Assembly: GCF_046119375.1 (NCBI RefSeq)
Contig: NW_027362763.1
Location: forward strand, 541,074,001 to 541,138,000
Reading direction: 5' to 3'
DNA: 64,000 nucleotides
From: Phyllobates terribilis
Lineage: Eukaryota
In this document: positions 24,770 to 37,047 of the stretch, one piece after another
Layout: the number at the start of each line of letters is the position of its first letter
Position numbering within the stretch: position 1 is the stretch's first letter
Program-made: the position numbers and the translations under genes
Notes under the pieces: model-generated
The model's database searches: none
What the model saw: the letters and a program-made list of their open reading frames with translations, nothing else
What the model was told of the DNA's origin: nothing

Positions 24770-26640
24770 GCAAGCGCAAGTATGCAGCCAGACACCCACC
24801 CACTCACAGGCTGCAATACTATACTGACAAATTTTTGACAGCTGCTTACACTTGAAATGTGGCCTTTTAGGCTCGTGGAGGCGGAAGCAGTCCACAACCT
24901 TATGGCGGCGGCGACCGGATGTCCATACTCGATCCCCAGCCGCCACTATTTGTCCCGGTGTCGTCTCCGCCTTCCACAAGCATGGGTCCTACAACATTAC
25001 CCGTGCCATCCCCAGTGCACTCACTGGGAAGGACCGCCTAACCACATACACATGGACAAGTGAATGTGGCTAGGGTCGGTACAGAGCCAGTCCACAGCTT
25101 GTCGGTGAGTTGTATTTCACCACTGCCGTATTTTTTAGCTTGGTGAAAGGACTGACTTTTATGAAACCGTATCTACTCCAGCTGTCATTTCTCCCAGGAA
25201 GTCCTCTAAAGCTGCTTGCACTTGAAATGTGGCCTTTTAGGCTTGTGGAGGCAGAAGCTTTTTACAACCTCATGGCGGTGGCGGCCACGTGTCCATTCAT
25301 CGGTCCCCAGCCACCACCATTTCTTCCGGTATCGTCTACGCCTTCCACAAGCACGGGTCCCACAACATTACCCGTGCCCACCCCAGTGCACTTACTGGGA
25401 CTGACCACCTAACTACAAACATGTGGTCAAGTGAATGTGGCCAGGGAAGGTACGGGGCCAGTCCACAGCTTGTCGGTGAGTTGTATTTCACCACAGCCAT
25501 ATGTTTTAGCTCGATGAAGGGACTGACTTTTGGGATACAGTATCTACTCCAGCTGTCATTTCTCCCAGGAAGTCCTCTAAAGCTGCTTGCACTTGAAATG
25601 TGGCCTTTTAGGCTCGTGGAGGCGGAAGCAGTCCACAACCTTATGGCGGCGGCGACCGGATGTCCATACTCGATCCCCAGCCGTCACTATTTGTCCCGGT
25701 GTCGTCTCCGCCTTCCACAAGCACGGGTCCTACAACATTACCCGTGCCATCCCCAGTGCACTCACTGGGAAGGACCGCCTAACCACATACACATGGACAA
25801 GTGAATGTGGCTAGGGTTGGTACAGAGCCAGTCCACAGCTTGTCGGTGAGTTGTATTTTACCACAGCCGTATTTTTTAGCTTGGTGAAAGGACTGACTTT
25901 TATGAAACCGTATCTACTCCAGCTGTCATTTCTCCCAGGAAGTCCTCTAAAGCTGCTTGCACTTGAAATGTGGCCTTTTAGGCTTGTGGAGGCGGAAGCT
26001 TTTTACAACCTCATGGCGGTGACGGCCGCGTGTCCATTCATCGGTCCCCAGGCACCACCATTTCTTCCGGTATCGTCTACGCCTTCCACAAGCACGGGTC
26101 CCACAACATTACCTGTGCCCACCCCAGTGCACTTACTGGGACTGACCGCCTAACTACAAACATGTGGTCAAGTGAATGTGACCAGGGAAGGTAGGGGCCA
26201 GTCCACAGCTTGTCGGTGAGTTGTATTTCACCACAGCCGTATTTTTTAGCTTGGTGAAAGGACTGACTTTTATGAAACCGTATCTACTCCAGCTGTCATT
26301 TCTCCCAGGAAGTCCTCTAAAGCTGCTTGCACTTGAAATGTGGCCTTTTAGGCTCGTGGAGGCGGAAGCTTTTCACAACCTCTTTCCGGAGGCAGCCGGG
26401 TGTCCATACTCGGTCCCCAGCGGCCACTATTTCTCCCGGTATTGTCTCTGCCTTCCACAAGCACGGGTCCCACAACATTACACTTGCCCTCCACAGTGCA
26501 CTTACTAGGAAGGACCGCCTAAACACAAACACGTGGACAGGTGAATGTGGCCAGGGATGGTACGGAGCAAGTCCACAACTTTTTTTGCTGAGAGCTGTAT
26601 TTCACCACAGCCATATTCTTTATTCGGTGAAAGAACTGGC
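24770..26640 (+). repeat. 370-bp tandem repeat derived from hAT transposase coding sequence
   Basis: Units start at 24841, 25211, 25582, 25952 and 26322. They translate to KLLALEMWPFRLVEAEAF...SRHY..R...NITRA...LTT.TWTSECGQGRY, homologous to KLLATEMLPFRLVDTEDF...HFTTDTWTSRHAQGRY in the ORF at 45018. Confidence 0.88.
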
Positions 26641-27039
26641 ATAGGGGGAAACTCCCAGTAAGTCCTCTAAGGCAGCTTGCTGCAAAGGCAATGGCAGCCC
26701 ATCCAACATCAGCTAGCACTTGTCGGTGGTGCTTGGACACACAAACATCTTTCCTTGCGCCTTTAATTTCATGACTACAGAGTTGGGCAATGGCCTGATC
26801 TGCAATGCAGTTTGAGAAATAACATGCATGTCCAATCCACATTAAAAATGCAGCCATAAAGTGCCTGGGAACCTACCCAAACACTTTTCGTAGCCAGGGC
26901 TGCTTTTCGGCAGGGTTGGACGGGCCCACCAGAGAACCGGAGACTCCTCTGGTGGGCCCTGGCTTCTCCTTCAGGAGAGTTCATAGTGCCGAGGTGAAGC
27001 CATGATGATAATAGAGGCCACCATCTGCTTAGTTTTCTG

Positions 27040-27224
27040 TTACTTGGAATGCAAGCGCAAGTATGCAGCTAGCCACCCACCCACAGGCCGCAATATTAAA
27101 AAGCCAGATTTCTGGGCAGCTGCTTGCACTTGAAATGTGGCCTTTTAGGCTTGTGGAGGCGAAAGCTTTTCACAACCTCATGCCAGCGGCGGCTGGGTGT
27201 CCATACTCGATTCCCAGCCGCTAC
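27040..27224 (+). repeat. Further transposase-derived repeat unit, interrupted by hAT C
   Basis: Same LERKRKY/LLALEMWPFRLVEA sequence; resumes at 35036. Confidence 0.8.
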
Positions 27225-27445
27225 TAGTGTTGAGCATTCCGATACTGAAATATTGGGTATCGGCCGATATTCGCAGTATCGGAATTCCGATACTTAATTC
27301 CGATACTTTTGCAATATCGTATACCGGAATCGGAAGTTCCCATAATGCAATGAGCCATTTTCATTTTATTCAGCCAATGAGGATCCTAAGAAGTGTGGGC
27401 ACATCCTGTTAGGCATGTAGGCATCTTAACTAATGGCATGGCTGT

Positions 27446-27500
27446 GATTGGCTGCTGAAATGATGTCATGATGCACTATAAAAGCCGCCGCCGCCATTTT
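27446..27500 (+). promoter_or_regulatory. Putative Pol II promoter of the hAT C transposase
   Basis: GATTGG (reverse CCAAT), TATAAAAG at 27477 and YY1-like CGCCATTTT; candidate 3' splice site TCTTTATCAG at 28213, just before the ATG at 28223. Confidence 0.45.
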
Positions 27501-28222
27501 GAGCTCACTCTGCTGTGAATTCAGTTAGGGATAGGACGCTGTTGTTCTGAGGGGCAGTTTTAGCTACCTATTTGGTCTATTCTGCTTTACCCAAGCTACT
27601 TTATAAATCGCTGTGCCTTGCAGTGCTAGTGCACAGTTCTCTGTGCTGTTCACCGCTTTCTGCAAGATCTCTGTGTGTGAGTGCAGCTCACCCTGTAGTG
27701 TGTGCTTCAACCACGTCTGGTTGTAGTGCACTCAGTGTGTGTCACTGCCTCATACATTGTCCTTTTTTGCCAATTCATAATTTTTCCTGATATCTCCTAT
27801 TAGTGTGGTGGTTCCATCCGTATTCAGCTAAATTGGTTCCAAACACACTATATAGGAGTAGATAGAGGAGTCTTTCTGCAGCATTGGGCCCTGCAGCCCC
27901 AGCCAGATTAGTATTAGCCTATTTTTTGCAGCCTCATCTATTGCATTGTAGGTTACCTTCCTACATTGTAATAGCTACAAAAAGTTTGTGATACTATCGT
28001 TATTACATCTTTAGGCACATCCAGTGTCTTTTTGTGACAAAAAAAACCTAAATAAAGTTCACCAAACACTTTACTTTACAGTTGTGTAGGCCACATTAGC
28101 TCATATTAAAGTCTAGTCCACACTTTATAAAATTAGTGTTTCTTATACCTGTTAGCAGCTGTTCAGGAATAAGCACACTAAGCCCTTAGTACTTTTCTGC
28201 CTATCTTTATCAGTCTACCAAG

Positions 28223-31200
28223 ATGAAGAAGGCAGGGAGTAAGGCATGTGGTCGTGGGCGTGGGCGTGGGCGTGGAGTTTCTGCAGGGAGAGGACGTGAG
28301 GATTCTGTGCCTGCAGGGAGAGGACATGGGGATTCTGTGCCTGCTGCGGGCACCAGTGACTCAGCATCCCCCAGTTTTACCAGGGAACAGTCCTTTATGT
28401 GCAGCTTTGTAGGAGCTAGCCGTACCCCACTGCTGCGCGAGGACCAAATTGAAGCCATTGTCGGATGGATGGCAGCTAACGCATCGACTTCAATTAGTTC
28501 CAGATCCTCTCAGGTCCTGAGCACTGAAGAGCACCCATCTGTCTCTTCACCACCTGCCAAATTGCCCAGGCAGTCAGAGAGCCCTGGACAGGAGCCATCT
28601 CTACTTCTGTTCTCTGAATCTCTTGGCTTGGAAAGAGGGGGCCAGCCAAGCAGAATTCTAGAATTTGAAGAAGAGGTAGTATGCAGTGATGCGCAACCGT
28701 TTTGTCTCTCTGAATCTGAAGAGGCTGGTGGGCCAGTGCCTATGGTCAGCAGCACACCTCAGTACGCATCTGATGATGAGACTCAGGTGCCACTTTCTGG
28801 TGCGTACTGTGCTGTCGAGACTACCCAGGAGAAGCAGTTGTTTGAAGAGGGTGGTGTAGATGATGAGGTCCTTGACCCATCATGGCGTGAGGGACAGGAA
28901 GGTGGTGGGAGCAGCTCTGAGGAAGAGATTCCCCGAACGGCCCAAAAAGGAGGGAGAGGGAGGGGGCAGACTTGGTTGCCTGTAGCCTCCACTTCGGCAC
29001 CCATTAGGAGCATGGCTCTTCCAAAATCCAAAGCGGGCGCTCCCAAGACTTGCAGTGCCTGGTCCTTTTTTGACACAGTTGCAGATGACATTTGCTTTGT
29101 CAAATGCAAGCTGTGTAATCAGAAGGTGAAAAGAGGGAAAAGTGTCAGCAACCTCAATACCACAAATATGTGGAAACATGTGCGGACCAAGCACGTGGTG
29201 GAGTTACAAAAACACACTGAAGACCTAGGCCAACCTACAGCGCCACCTACCACCTCTTCAGCTCGTGTTGTAGCCTCTTCCTCCAGCTCACACACAGCTG
29301 GTTCTGCTTCCTCACAGGATCGCCATGGAAGAATCTCTGGCACTGTTGTACAGAGACACAGTGTAATTCCACCCACAGCACCACTTTCCCAGTCATCCTC
29401 ACACTCCCAGGCCAGTCTACAGCCATCGTTAGCACAGGCATGGGAGAAAAGGCGCCCATACTCGGCAAACCACCCCCGAGCACAGGCTCTGAATGCTGGC
29501 ATTGCTAAACTACTGGTCCTTGAAATGCTATCATTCAGGCTGGTGGAGACTGACACATTCCGTAACTTTATGGCATTGGCAGTCCCACAATACAACGTGC
29601 CCAGCCGCTTTTATTTCAGCAGGCAAGCCGTCCCTTCCCTGCAACATCATGTGGAGGGAAAAATTAAACATACGCTACAAAACGCCGTCAGTAGCAATGT
29701 CCACCTGACCACCGATGCGTGGACCAGTAAGCATGGACAAGGACGATACCTTTCCCTCACTGCCCATTGGGTAAATGTTGTGGAGCCGGGTACAAATCTT
29801 GAGAGTGGCGCTGTACGTGTTCTGCCAACTCCAAGGATTGCAGGAATCCAGTCTGTACACATTGACTCCTCCTCATACTCCAGTTCCTCTGAATCAGCGC
29901 TGCAGGAGCCGTCACGGTCTACCTCCACATCGACCCGTGAACGGTTACCTGTTATGATGACCGATATGAGCACAGCCGTGGCCAAACGTCAACAGGCCGT
30001 ATTAAAATTAATTTCTTTGGGGAATCGAAGCCACACAGCGCAGGAGCTCTGGAATGCCATCAAGCAGCAGAGCGACGTGTGGTTTGTGCCAGCGAATCTC
30101 CAGCCAGGCATGGTAGTGTGTGACAATGGCCGAAATCTGGTGGCAGCTCTGGGCCTAGGCAACCTCACTCACATCCCATGTCTGGCACATGTGCTCAACT
30201 TGGTCGTGCAGAGTTTTTTGAGGGACTATCCGGATCTTGATGCACTGCTTCACAAGGTCCGCATAGAGTGCGCTCACTTGCGGCGTTCCAGCAATGCAAG
30301 ATCACGCATTGCAGCTCTGCAGCGCCGATTACGTCTTCCGGAACATCGCATCATATATGACCTACCCACCAAATGGAATTCAACGTTACATATGTTGGAG
30401 AGGTTGTGTGAGCAGCAGGCAGCAGTAATGGAGTACCAGCTGCAGCGGGCGCAAACAAGTCGCAGTGCGCGCCGTTCACACTTCACCACCACTGAGTGGG
30501 CCTCTATGAAGGACATTTGCCACGTTTTGCGTGCCTTCGATTATTCCACGCGGATGGCGAGTGCAGATGATGCACTAGTCAGCATGACTATCCCCCTTAT
30601 CTGCCTGCTTGAAAAAACACTGCAAGCACTAAGGGACGAGGTTTTGGAAGAGGTGGAGGATGAGGAGTCACAAATGCCATCTGCTTCTCTACAGTCTGCG
30701 CAACATGGTTCCTCACAAAGGCCTAGGCAGGGGACACTTTGTGAGGAGGATGAGGAGGAGTCAATGGATGAGGAAGACATCTGTCCAGAGGAGGGAGGTA
30801 CACAATGCTCTAGTAGTCAGTATCTAGAGCGAGGGTGGGGTGATGCAGAGCAGGCAGAGATCACGCCTCAAGCAGGGAACAGTGTTTCTTGGCCAGTTGG
30901 CAGTCTGCAGCACATGGTTGATTTCATGCTGCAGTGCCTGAGAAACGACCGCCGCATCGCCCACATTCTCAACACGGCTGATTATTGGGTGTCCACCCTC
31001 CTAGATCCTCGCTACCGGGACAACTTACAAAGCCTCATAACACCGTTGAACCGGGAGCGTAAAATGTGGGAGTACCAAGACGCACTGGTGCATTCCATCA
31101 TGTTCTCCATTCCAACCGAGAGCAGTGCTGCTAGTGCTTTACAAAGCAGCTCAGTGCGTCGAGGCAGTGGAGGAAGCTCTGCACAAAGAGGGAGCAGAAG

Positions 31201-31575
31201 CAGCGCCTCAGCACAAGGCAAGACCAGTATGGCCGAAATGTGGCAAAGTTTTGTGTCCCCGCCGCCACAAATGTCTACACCATCACAGACGGCTCCAGTC
31301 AGTCTTGCCCTCTTAGTGTACTCCCAGACGGCTCTTCTCCCTTCAAGTTTTGGGTCTGTAAGCTGGATACATGGCCAGAGCTTAGTCAGTATGCATTGGA
31401 GGTACTAGCTTGCCCTGCTGCTAGTGTATTATCGGAACGCGTCTTTAGTGCCGCAGGTGGTGTACTAACAGACCGTCGCATGCGACTATCCTCCGATAAA
31501 GTTGACCGGCTTACTTTTCTCAAAATGAACAAGGCCTGGATCTCTCATGAATTTGCCAGTCCTCTTCCAGAATAA
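28223..31575 (+). pseudogene. hAT transposase with BED zinc finger; frameshift near 31300 separates the C-terminal dimerisation domain
   Basis: 1061-aa ORF with W.FF..C..C...H...H BED finger, LTTDAW, VCDN, CLAH, TKWNS. The domain FWVCKLDTWPEL...CPAASVLSERVFS lies in a different frame (31240-31575). Confidence 0.9.
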
Positions 31576-31640
31576 ATAATTGGTTGGCAACAGTATCCAG
31601 GTCTCCTGTTCTGTTCTTGTTTCTACCACCTGAACTGTAA

Positions 31641-32870
31641 TCCCTGAGCTCCAACACCGCCAGTTGGCGCTCGGAAGTGCCGTCTGCACAGTCAACACTT
31701 GCTGCCGTGTTATTGGGGTTCAGTAACGTCAGCTGTTCCCCTGCTGTGCGGACGGCAATTTCTCCTGCTCTGTCCACATTCTCACTACTACAGATTTGAA
31801 AGTTTCTCCAATTACACCTCTGGCTCCTCTGTTTTCAGTATTATCCCTGAGCTCCAACACCGCCAGTTGGCGCTCGGAAGTGCCGTCTGCACAGTCAACA
31901 CTTGCTGCCGTGTTATTGGGGTTCAGTAAAGTCAGCTGATCCCCAGCTGTGTGTCTGGCAAATTCTCCTGCTTTGTCCACATCCACTGTACTACGGATTT
32001 AAAACCTCCTCCAAATATACCTCTGGCTCCTCCGTTTTTAGTATTTACCCTGGGCTCCAATACCGCTAGTTGCTGCTCAGAAGTGCCGTCTGCACAGTCA
32101 ATGCTTGCTCCAGTGTTATTGGGGTTCAGTAACGTCAGCTGATCCCCAGCTGTGTGTCCGGCAAATTCTCCTGCTTTGTCCACATCCACTGTACTACGGA
32201 TTTAAAACCTCCTCCAAATACACCTCTGGCTCCTCCGTTTTTAGCATTTACCCTGGGCTCCAATACCACTAGTTGCTGCTCAGAAGTGCCGTCTGCACAG
32301 TCAACGCTTGCTCCAGTGTTATTGGGGTTCAGTAACGTCAGCTGATCCCCTGCTGTGTGTCCGGCAAATTCTCCTGCTTTGTCCACATCCATTGTACTAC
32401 GGATTTAAAACCTCCTCCAAATACACCTCTGGCTCCTCCGTTTTTAGTATTTACCCTGGGCTCCAATACCGCTAGTTGCTGCTCAGAAGTGCCGTCTGCA
32501 CAGTCAACGCTTGCTCCAGTGTTATTGGGGTTCAGTAACGTCAGCTGATCCCCAGCTGTGTGTCCGGCAAATTCTCCTGCTTTGTCCACATCCACTGTAC
32601 TACGGATTTAAAACCTCCTCCAAATACACCTCTGGCTCCTCCGTTTTTAGTATTTACCCTGGGCTCCAATACCGCTAGTTGCTGCTCAGAAGTGCCGTCT
32701 GCACAGTCAACGCTTGCTCCAGTGTTATTGGGGTTCAGTAACGTCAGCTGATCCCCAGCTGTGTGTCCGGCAAATTCTCCTGCTTTGTCCACATCCACCG
32801 TACTACGGATTTAAAACTTGCTCCAATTACACCTCTGGCTCCTCCGTTTTTAGTATTTACCCTGGGTTCC
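31641..32870. repeat. 203-bp tandem repeat, about 6 copies, inside hAT C
   Basis: Periodic ORFs at 31932, 32135, 32338 and 32541; unit starts at 31641, 31844 ... 32858. Confidence 0.93.
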
Positions 32871-33780
32871 AGCTGGTTCTCGGCAGTTCCATTTGCTCTT
32901 GTACCTTCTACTACCCATCCGGGTTCCAGTATCGTCAGCTGGTTCTCGGCAGTGCCTTTGGATTAGGTGCCTCCTTCTCGGTATCCAAGTTCCACCAACG
33001 TCTGCTGGTCCTTGGTAGTGCTTTCTGGCACAGGTACCTCCTGCTTAGTAACCGAGTTCCAGTACCGTCAGCTGGTGTTCGGCAGTTCCATTGGCTCTTG
33101 TACCTTCTGCTACCCATCCGGGTTCCAGTACCGTCAGCTGGTCCTCGGTAGTTCCATTTGCTCTTGTACCTTCTACTACCCATCCGGGTTCCAGTACCGT
33201 CAGCTGGTTCTCGGCAGTGACTTTGGCACGGGTACTCCCTCCTGCCCAGCCTGGTTCCAGCACGCCAGCTGTTTCCGGGTAGTGTCAACGTCACTTTGCC
33301 TCCAATGCGTTGTCCTGTCGTGTTGCGGTCGGGTTAGCCGACTCTATGGTGCCTGCAGTTTAGGTGACTCCTATGTGGGCTGCGGGATCTGGCAATGAAG
33401 GCTGGTTCCATAGTGCCAATAGGACAAGCACCCCCTGTAGGACTGTGGGTTTTGGTAACTGCGGCTGGCTCGCGGCCTTGAACTTTTTTTTACATGGGTA
33501 CCTTCTGCTACCCATCCGGGTTCCAGTACCGTCAGCTGGTTCTCGGCAGTGCCTTTGGAATAGGTGCCTCCTTCTCGGTATCCAAGTTCCACCAACGTCT
33601 GCTGGTCCTTGGTAGTGCTTTCTGACACAGGTACCTCCTGCTTAGTAACCGAGTTCCAGTACCGTCAGCTGGTCTTCGGCAGTTCCATTGGCTCTTGTAC
33701 CTTCTGCTACCCATCCGGGTTCCAGTACCGTCAGCTGGTCCTCGGTAGTTCCTCAGCTTTCTTGTACCTTCTGCTACATT
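32870..33780. repeat. 66-bp repeats in a duplicated block (offset about 600 bp) inside hAT C
   Basis: AGTACCGTCAGCTGG recurs at 33061, 33127 and 33193; the block at 32901 recurs near 33498. Confidence 0.85.
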
Positions 33781-33825
33781 TCCAAGTTCAAGCATTTTGA
33801 AATGGTTCTTGGTAATCACTCTAGA

Positions 33826-34690
33826 TCTCCCTGACGAGGACCCTGAAGACGAGGACCCTGAAGACCAACCCTAAGAAGACGAGGACCTCGAAGACGACGA
33901 CCCTGAAGACGAGGACCCTGAAGACCACCCCGAAGAAGACGAGGACCCTGAAGACCACCCTGAAGAAGACGAGGACCCTGAAGACCACCCCGAAGAAGAC
34001 GAGGACCCCGAAGACGAGGACCCAGAAGACCAACCTGAAGAAGACGAGGACCCCGAAGACAAGGACCCCCGAAGACGACGACCCTGAAGACCACCCCGAA
34101 GAAGACCAAGAAGATGACCCTGAAGAAGTTGACCAAGAGGACAAAGAAGAGAAGACAAGCACCAAGATGCAGAAGAACAAGAGACAGAAAACCAAGAAGC
34201 AGAAATACAAGAAGCTGCAGAACAAAAAGCGGAAAAACATTAAGCATAAGACTAAAAATCAGAGCAAAAGATAATATCTAAATTATAAGCAGAAGATGAC
34301 TAAGCAGTGTATGGGGGTGAGTCCGTTCCTCCTCGTGGTGCCCCTGGAAAAGACCTGCTGCTGCAGGCCAAACTGAACGCGGACAAATCCTGTTGTAAAT
34401 CTTTTGTGACTGGCAGAACGAAAGGTGTAATGTCCAACCTTTTAGAGATAACAACTACAGGAATGCCTGCCACAAATAAGAATATGATGAAGAAGAAGAA
34501 GATGAAGAAGATGGAGAAGTAGAATATGAAGAATGTAAAAAAAAAGAATAATACGAAGAAGGTGAAGAAGAAGATGAAGAAGAAGTGGATGAAAAAGATG
34601 CTGATGCTGAGGATGATGAAGGAGAAAGTGTGGGAGAAGTAAAAAAGAAGGTGAAGAGCATGGAAGTAGTGAAACATAAATATCTGACAA
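33826..34690. repeat. Purine-rich GAN low-complexity tracts (15-bp unit, then GAA-rich)
   Basis: GACGAGGACCCTGAA / GACCACCCCGAAGAA repeats at 33826-34130; GAAGAAGATGAA tract at 34485-34680. Confidence 0.85.
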
Positions 34691-35027
34691 AATATAAAAA
34701 TACTTAACATAGTCAATATTTCCGTAACTCAGAACGTCTTAAAAAAAATATTAATTCCTGCTATTCCGTTTGATTGGGCTAAACCTCTATGCCTTTATTG
34801 TCTTCCCCACCTCCCCCAATACATTCTACATTATTGTTAGTTGTTTTCCTTCATGTAGAATTAACCTACAAGGAAAGAAAGGGTTTATTTTCATTCCGAT
34901 ATTTCTGTCCCATTGACTTGCATTGGTTTCCGGTATCGGAATCGGCGATATCCGATACTTTTTCGGTATCGGTCCGATCCAATCCGATCCGATATTTCCC
35001 GATATCGGAAGGTATCGCTCAACACTA

Positions 35028-35760
35028 GCCGCTACCATTTTTCCCGGTGCAGTCTCCACCTTCCGCAAGCACGGGTCACACAACATTACCCGTGCCATCC
35101 CCAGTGCACTCACTGGGAAGGACCGCCTAACCACAAACACATGGTCAAGTGAATGTGGCTAGGGACGGTACAGAGCAAGTCCACAGCTTTTCAGTGAGTT
35201 GTATTTCACCAGAGAAAGATTTTTAGCTCGGTGAAAGGACTAACTTTTGGGAAACCGTATCTACTCCAGCTGTCATTTCTCCTAGGAAGTCCTCTAAAGC
35301 TTCTTGCTCTTGAAATGTGGTCTTTTAGGCTCGTGGAGGCGGAAGCGTTTCACAACCTCATGCCGACGGCGGCCGGGTCTCCATACTCGGTCCCCAGCCG
35401 CTACTATTTCTCTCGGTGTTGGCTCCGCCTTCCACAAGCACGGGTCCCACAACATTACCCGTGGCCATGGTCGGTACGGAGCCAGTCCACAGCTTGTCGG
35501 TGAGTAGTATTTCATCACAGCCATATGTTTTAGCTTGATGAAAGGACTGACTTTTGGGAACCCGTATCTACTACAGCTGTCATTTCTCCCAGGAAGTCCT
35601 CTAAAGCTGCTTGCACTTAAAATGTGGCATTTTTGGCTCGTGGAGGCATAAGCTTTTCACAACCTCATGGCGGCGGCTGAGTGTCCATACTCGGTCCGCC
35701 ACTGCCACTATTTCTCCCGGTATCGTCTCCGCCTTCCACAAGCAAGGGTCCCCGAACATT
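35028..35760 (+). repeat. Continuation of the transposase-derived 370-bp repeat
   Basis: Same unit sequence resumes after the TSD; about 2.5 units. Confidence 0.85.
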
Positions 35761-35764
35761 ACTG

Positions 35765-36005
35765 CTGGTACTTTTCTGTGGGAATCTGCTTGCCTCCTAC
35801 CAGCCTGTAATATTTCCAGTGAGCTATGGTACGATGCCATTGTATTAGCACTGCCCCCAGTACCAGTAGCGAAGCCATCCCAAATTTCCTCAGGAATTCT
35901 ATTTGGTAGACAGAGTGGCTGCCCAAATACATTAGTTTCTCACAAAGGAGCTGAAGATAGAGTGGCAGTAGGTGTAAGTTTCTCCATCCTGTTAGATATC
36001 AGAGG
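35765..36005 (-). pseudogene. Possible Rex1/Babar-like LINE RT remnant
   Basis: Manual translation LPLYLQLLCEKLMYLG...FLRKFGM loosely matches the YLG and FLR.L.KFG motifs; heavily decayed. Confidence 0.3.
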
Positions 36006-36011
36006 ATGAAT

Positions 36012-36140
36012 GGCAGCACATTGGCTCAGTGGATAGCACTGAAGCCTTGCAGCGCTGGGTTCCTGGGTTCAAATCCCAGCAAGGACAACATCTTCAAGTA
36101 TATTGTATGTTCTTCCCGTGTTTGTGTGGGTTTCTACCTC
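36012..36140 (+). mobile_element. tRNA-derived SINE head (V-SINE-like), truncated
   Basis: A box TGGCTCAGTGG, B box GGTTCAAATCC, followed by a TGTATGTTCT.CCCGTGTTTG core. Confidence 0.7.
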
Positions 36141-37047
36141 AGTAAAAAAAGAACCATAGTGTGTCCGGGAACTTTCCCATACACTTTTCTTAGCCAGGAC
36201 TGCTTTCTGGCAGGGTTGGACAGTCCCACCAGGGAATACTCGGATGGGCCCTGGCTTCTCCATCAGGAGAGTTCATGATAGCGCAAACTTTGCAGCAGCT
36301 ATGGGGCTCTTGAGTAGAGATGAGCGTTGTTCTACTCGAACTGTTCGCCAATCTCAAATTCGAGCTGTTTTGGGCGGTGTTCGAGCCGTTCGGCAAACAC
36401 GAACGATTTGAGAAAAATTCGGCTGTTCGAGGTTATGTTCGATAACTGTTTGTGCACCAAAATCATAACTGGATTTTTTCTCAGTAATGATGAAAATTAA
36501 TGTTAATACGCAGTTTGAGTGTACAGCATGGTGGGGGGAGGGGCGGGGGATGGATCTCTGCATGGAATAATGAAGATCTCCATTTTTTTTTCTCTTTCCC
36601 GCATTTACAGTGGGGAGGTGCAATCTGTCAGCCTATCAGCAGCGCACACACGGAGCGAAGTGCTTTTTTTCACACAAGCAAGGGCATGTGTCATTGGCAG
36701 TGTATGTCACATGTCCTTGCCCTATAAGACCAAGCCATTTTCCCCGTCGCCACCATTTTCTCACTGCTGCAGCTGCGTGTTAGACGGCACCGCTGTTGCT
36801 GTGTGCGCTATACCTTGTTAATTTCAAGCCAATTTTCGCACAAATGTACAGATAGCTTGGGAGTAGGGAATAGTTGTGATTGCAGTCCTTTTAAGGACTA
36901 GGTTACAGCATTTCCTACGACTTTTATCAGGCAGGTCTGTGCTCTTAAATAGATAGGTTGTGGGAGTAAAGACTAATTGTAATTGGAGTCCTTTTCAGGA
37001 CTAGGTTACATCAGTTCCTATCAGTTTTTGCCAGGCAGGTCTGTGCC

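Larger units (their letters stand above)
27225..35027 (+). mobile_element. hAT DNA transposon C (7.8 kb)
   Basis: 11-bp perfect TIR TAGTGTTGAGC; 8-bp TSD GCCGCTAC at 27217-27224 and 35028-35035; CCGATAC/GTATCGG subterminal arrays; transposase inside. Confidence 0.95.

Noticed and set aside
26640-26880. Unexplained segment within D as a captured gene fragment
   Set aside because: No motif recognised in any frame; would need a BLAST search.
31520-32798. Repeated 85-aa and 63-aa ORFs
   Set aside because: Translations of the 203-bp tandem repeat; no protein motif.
33816-34716. Hydrophobic or Ser-rich minus-strand ORFs
   Set aside because: Reverse complement of GAA/GAC low-complexity DNA.
36012-36140. 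tRNA gene
   Set aside because: A and B boxes are present but there is no proper cloverleaf, and a SINE core follows.
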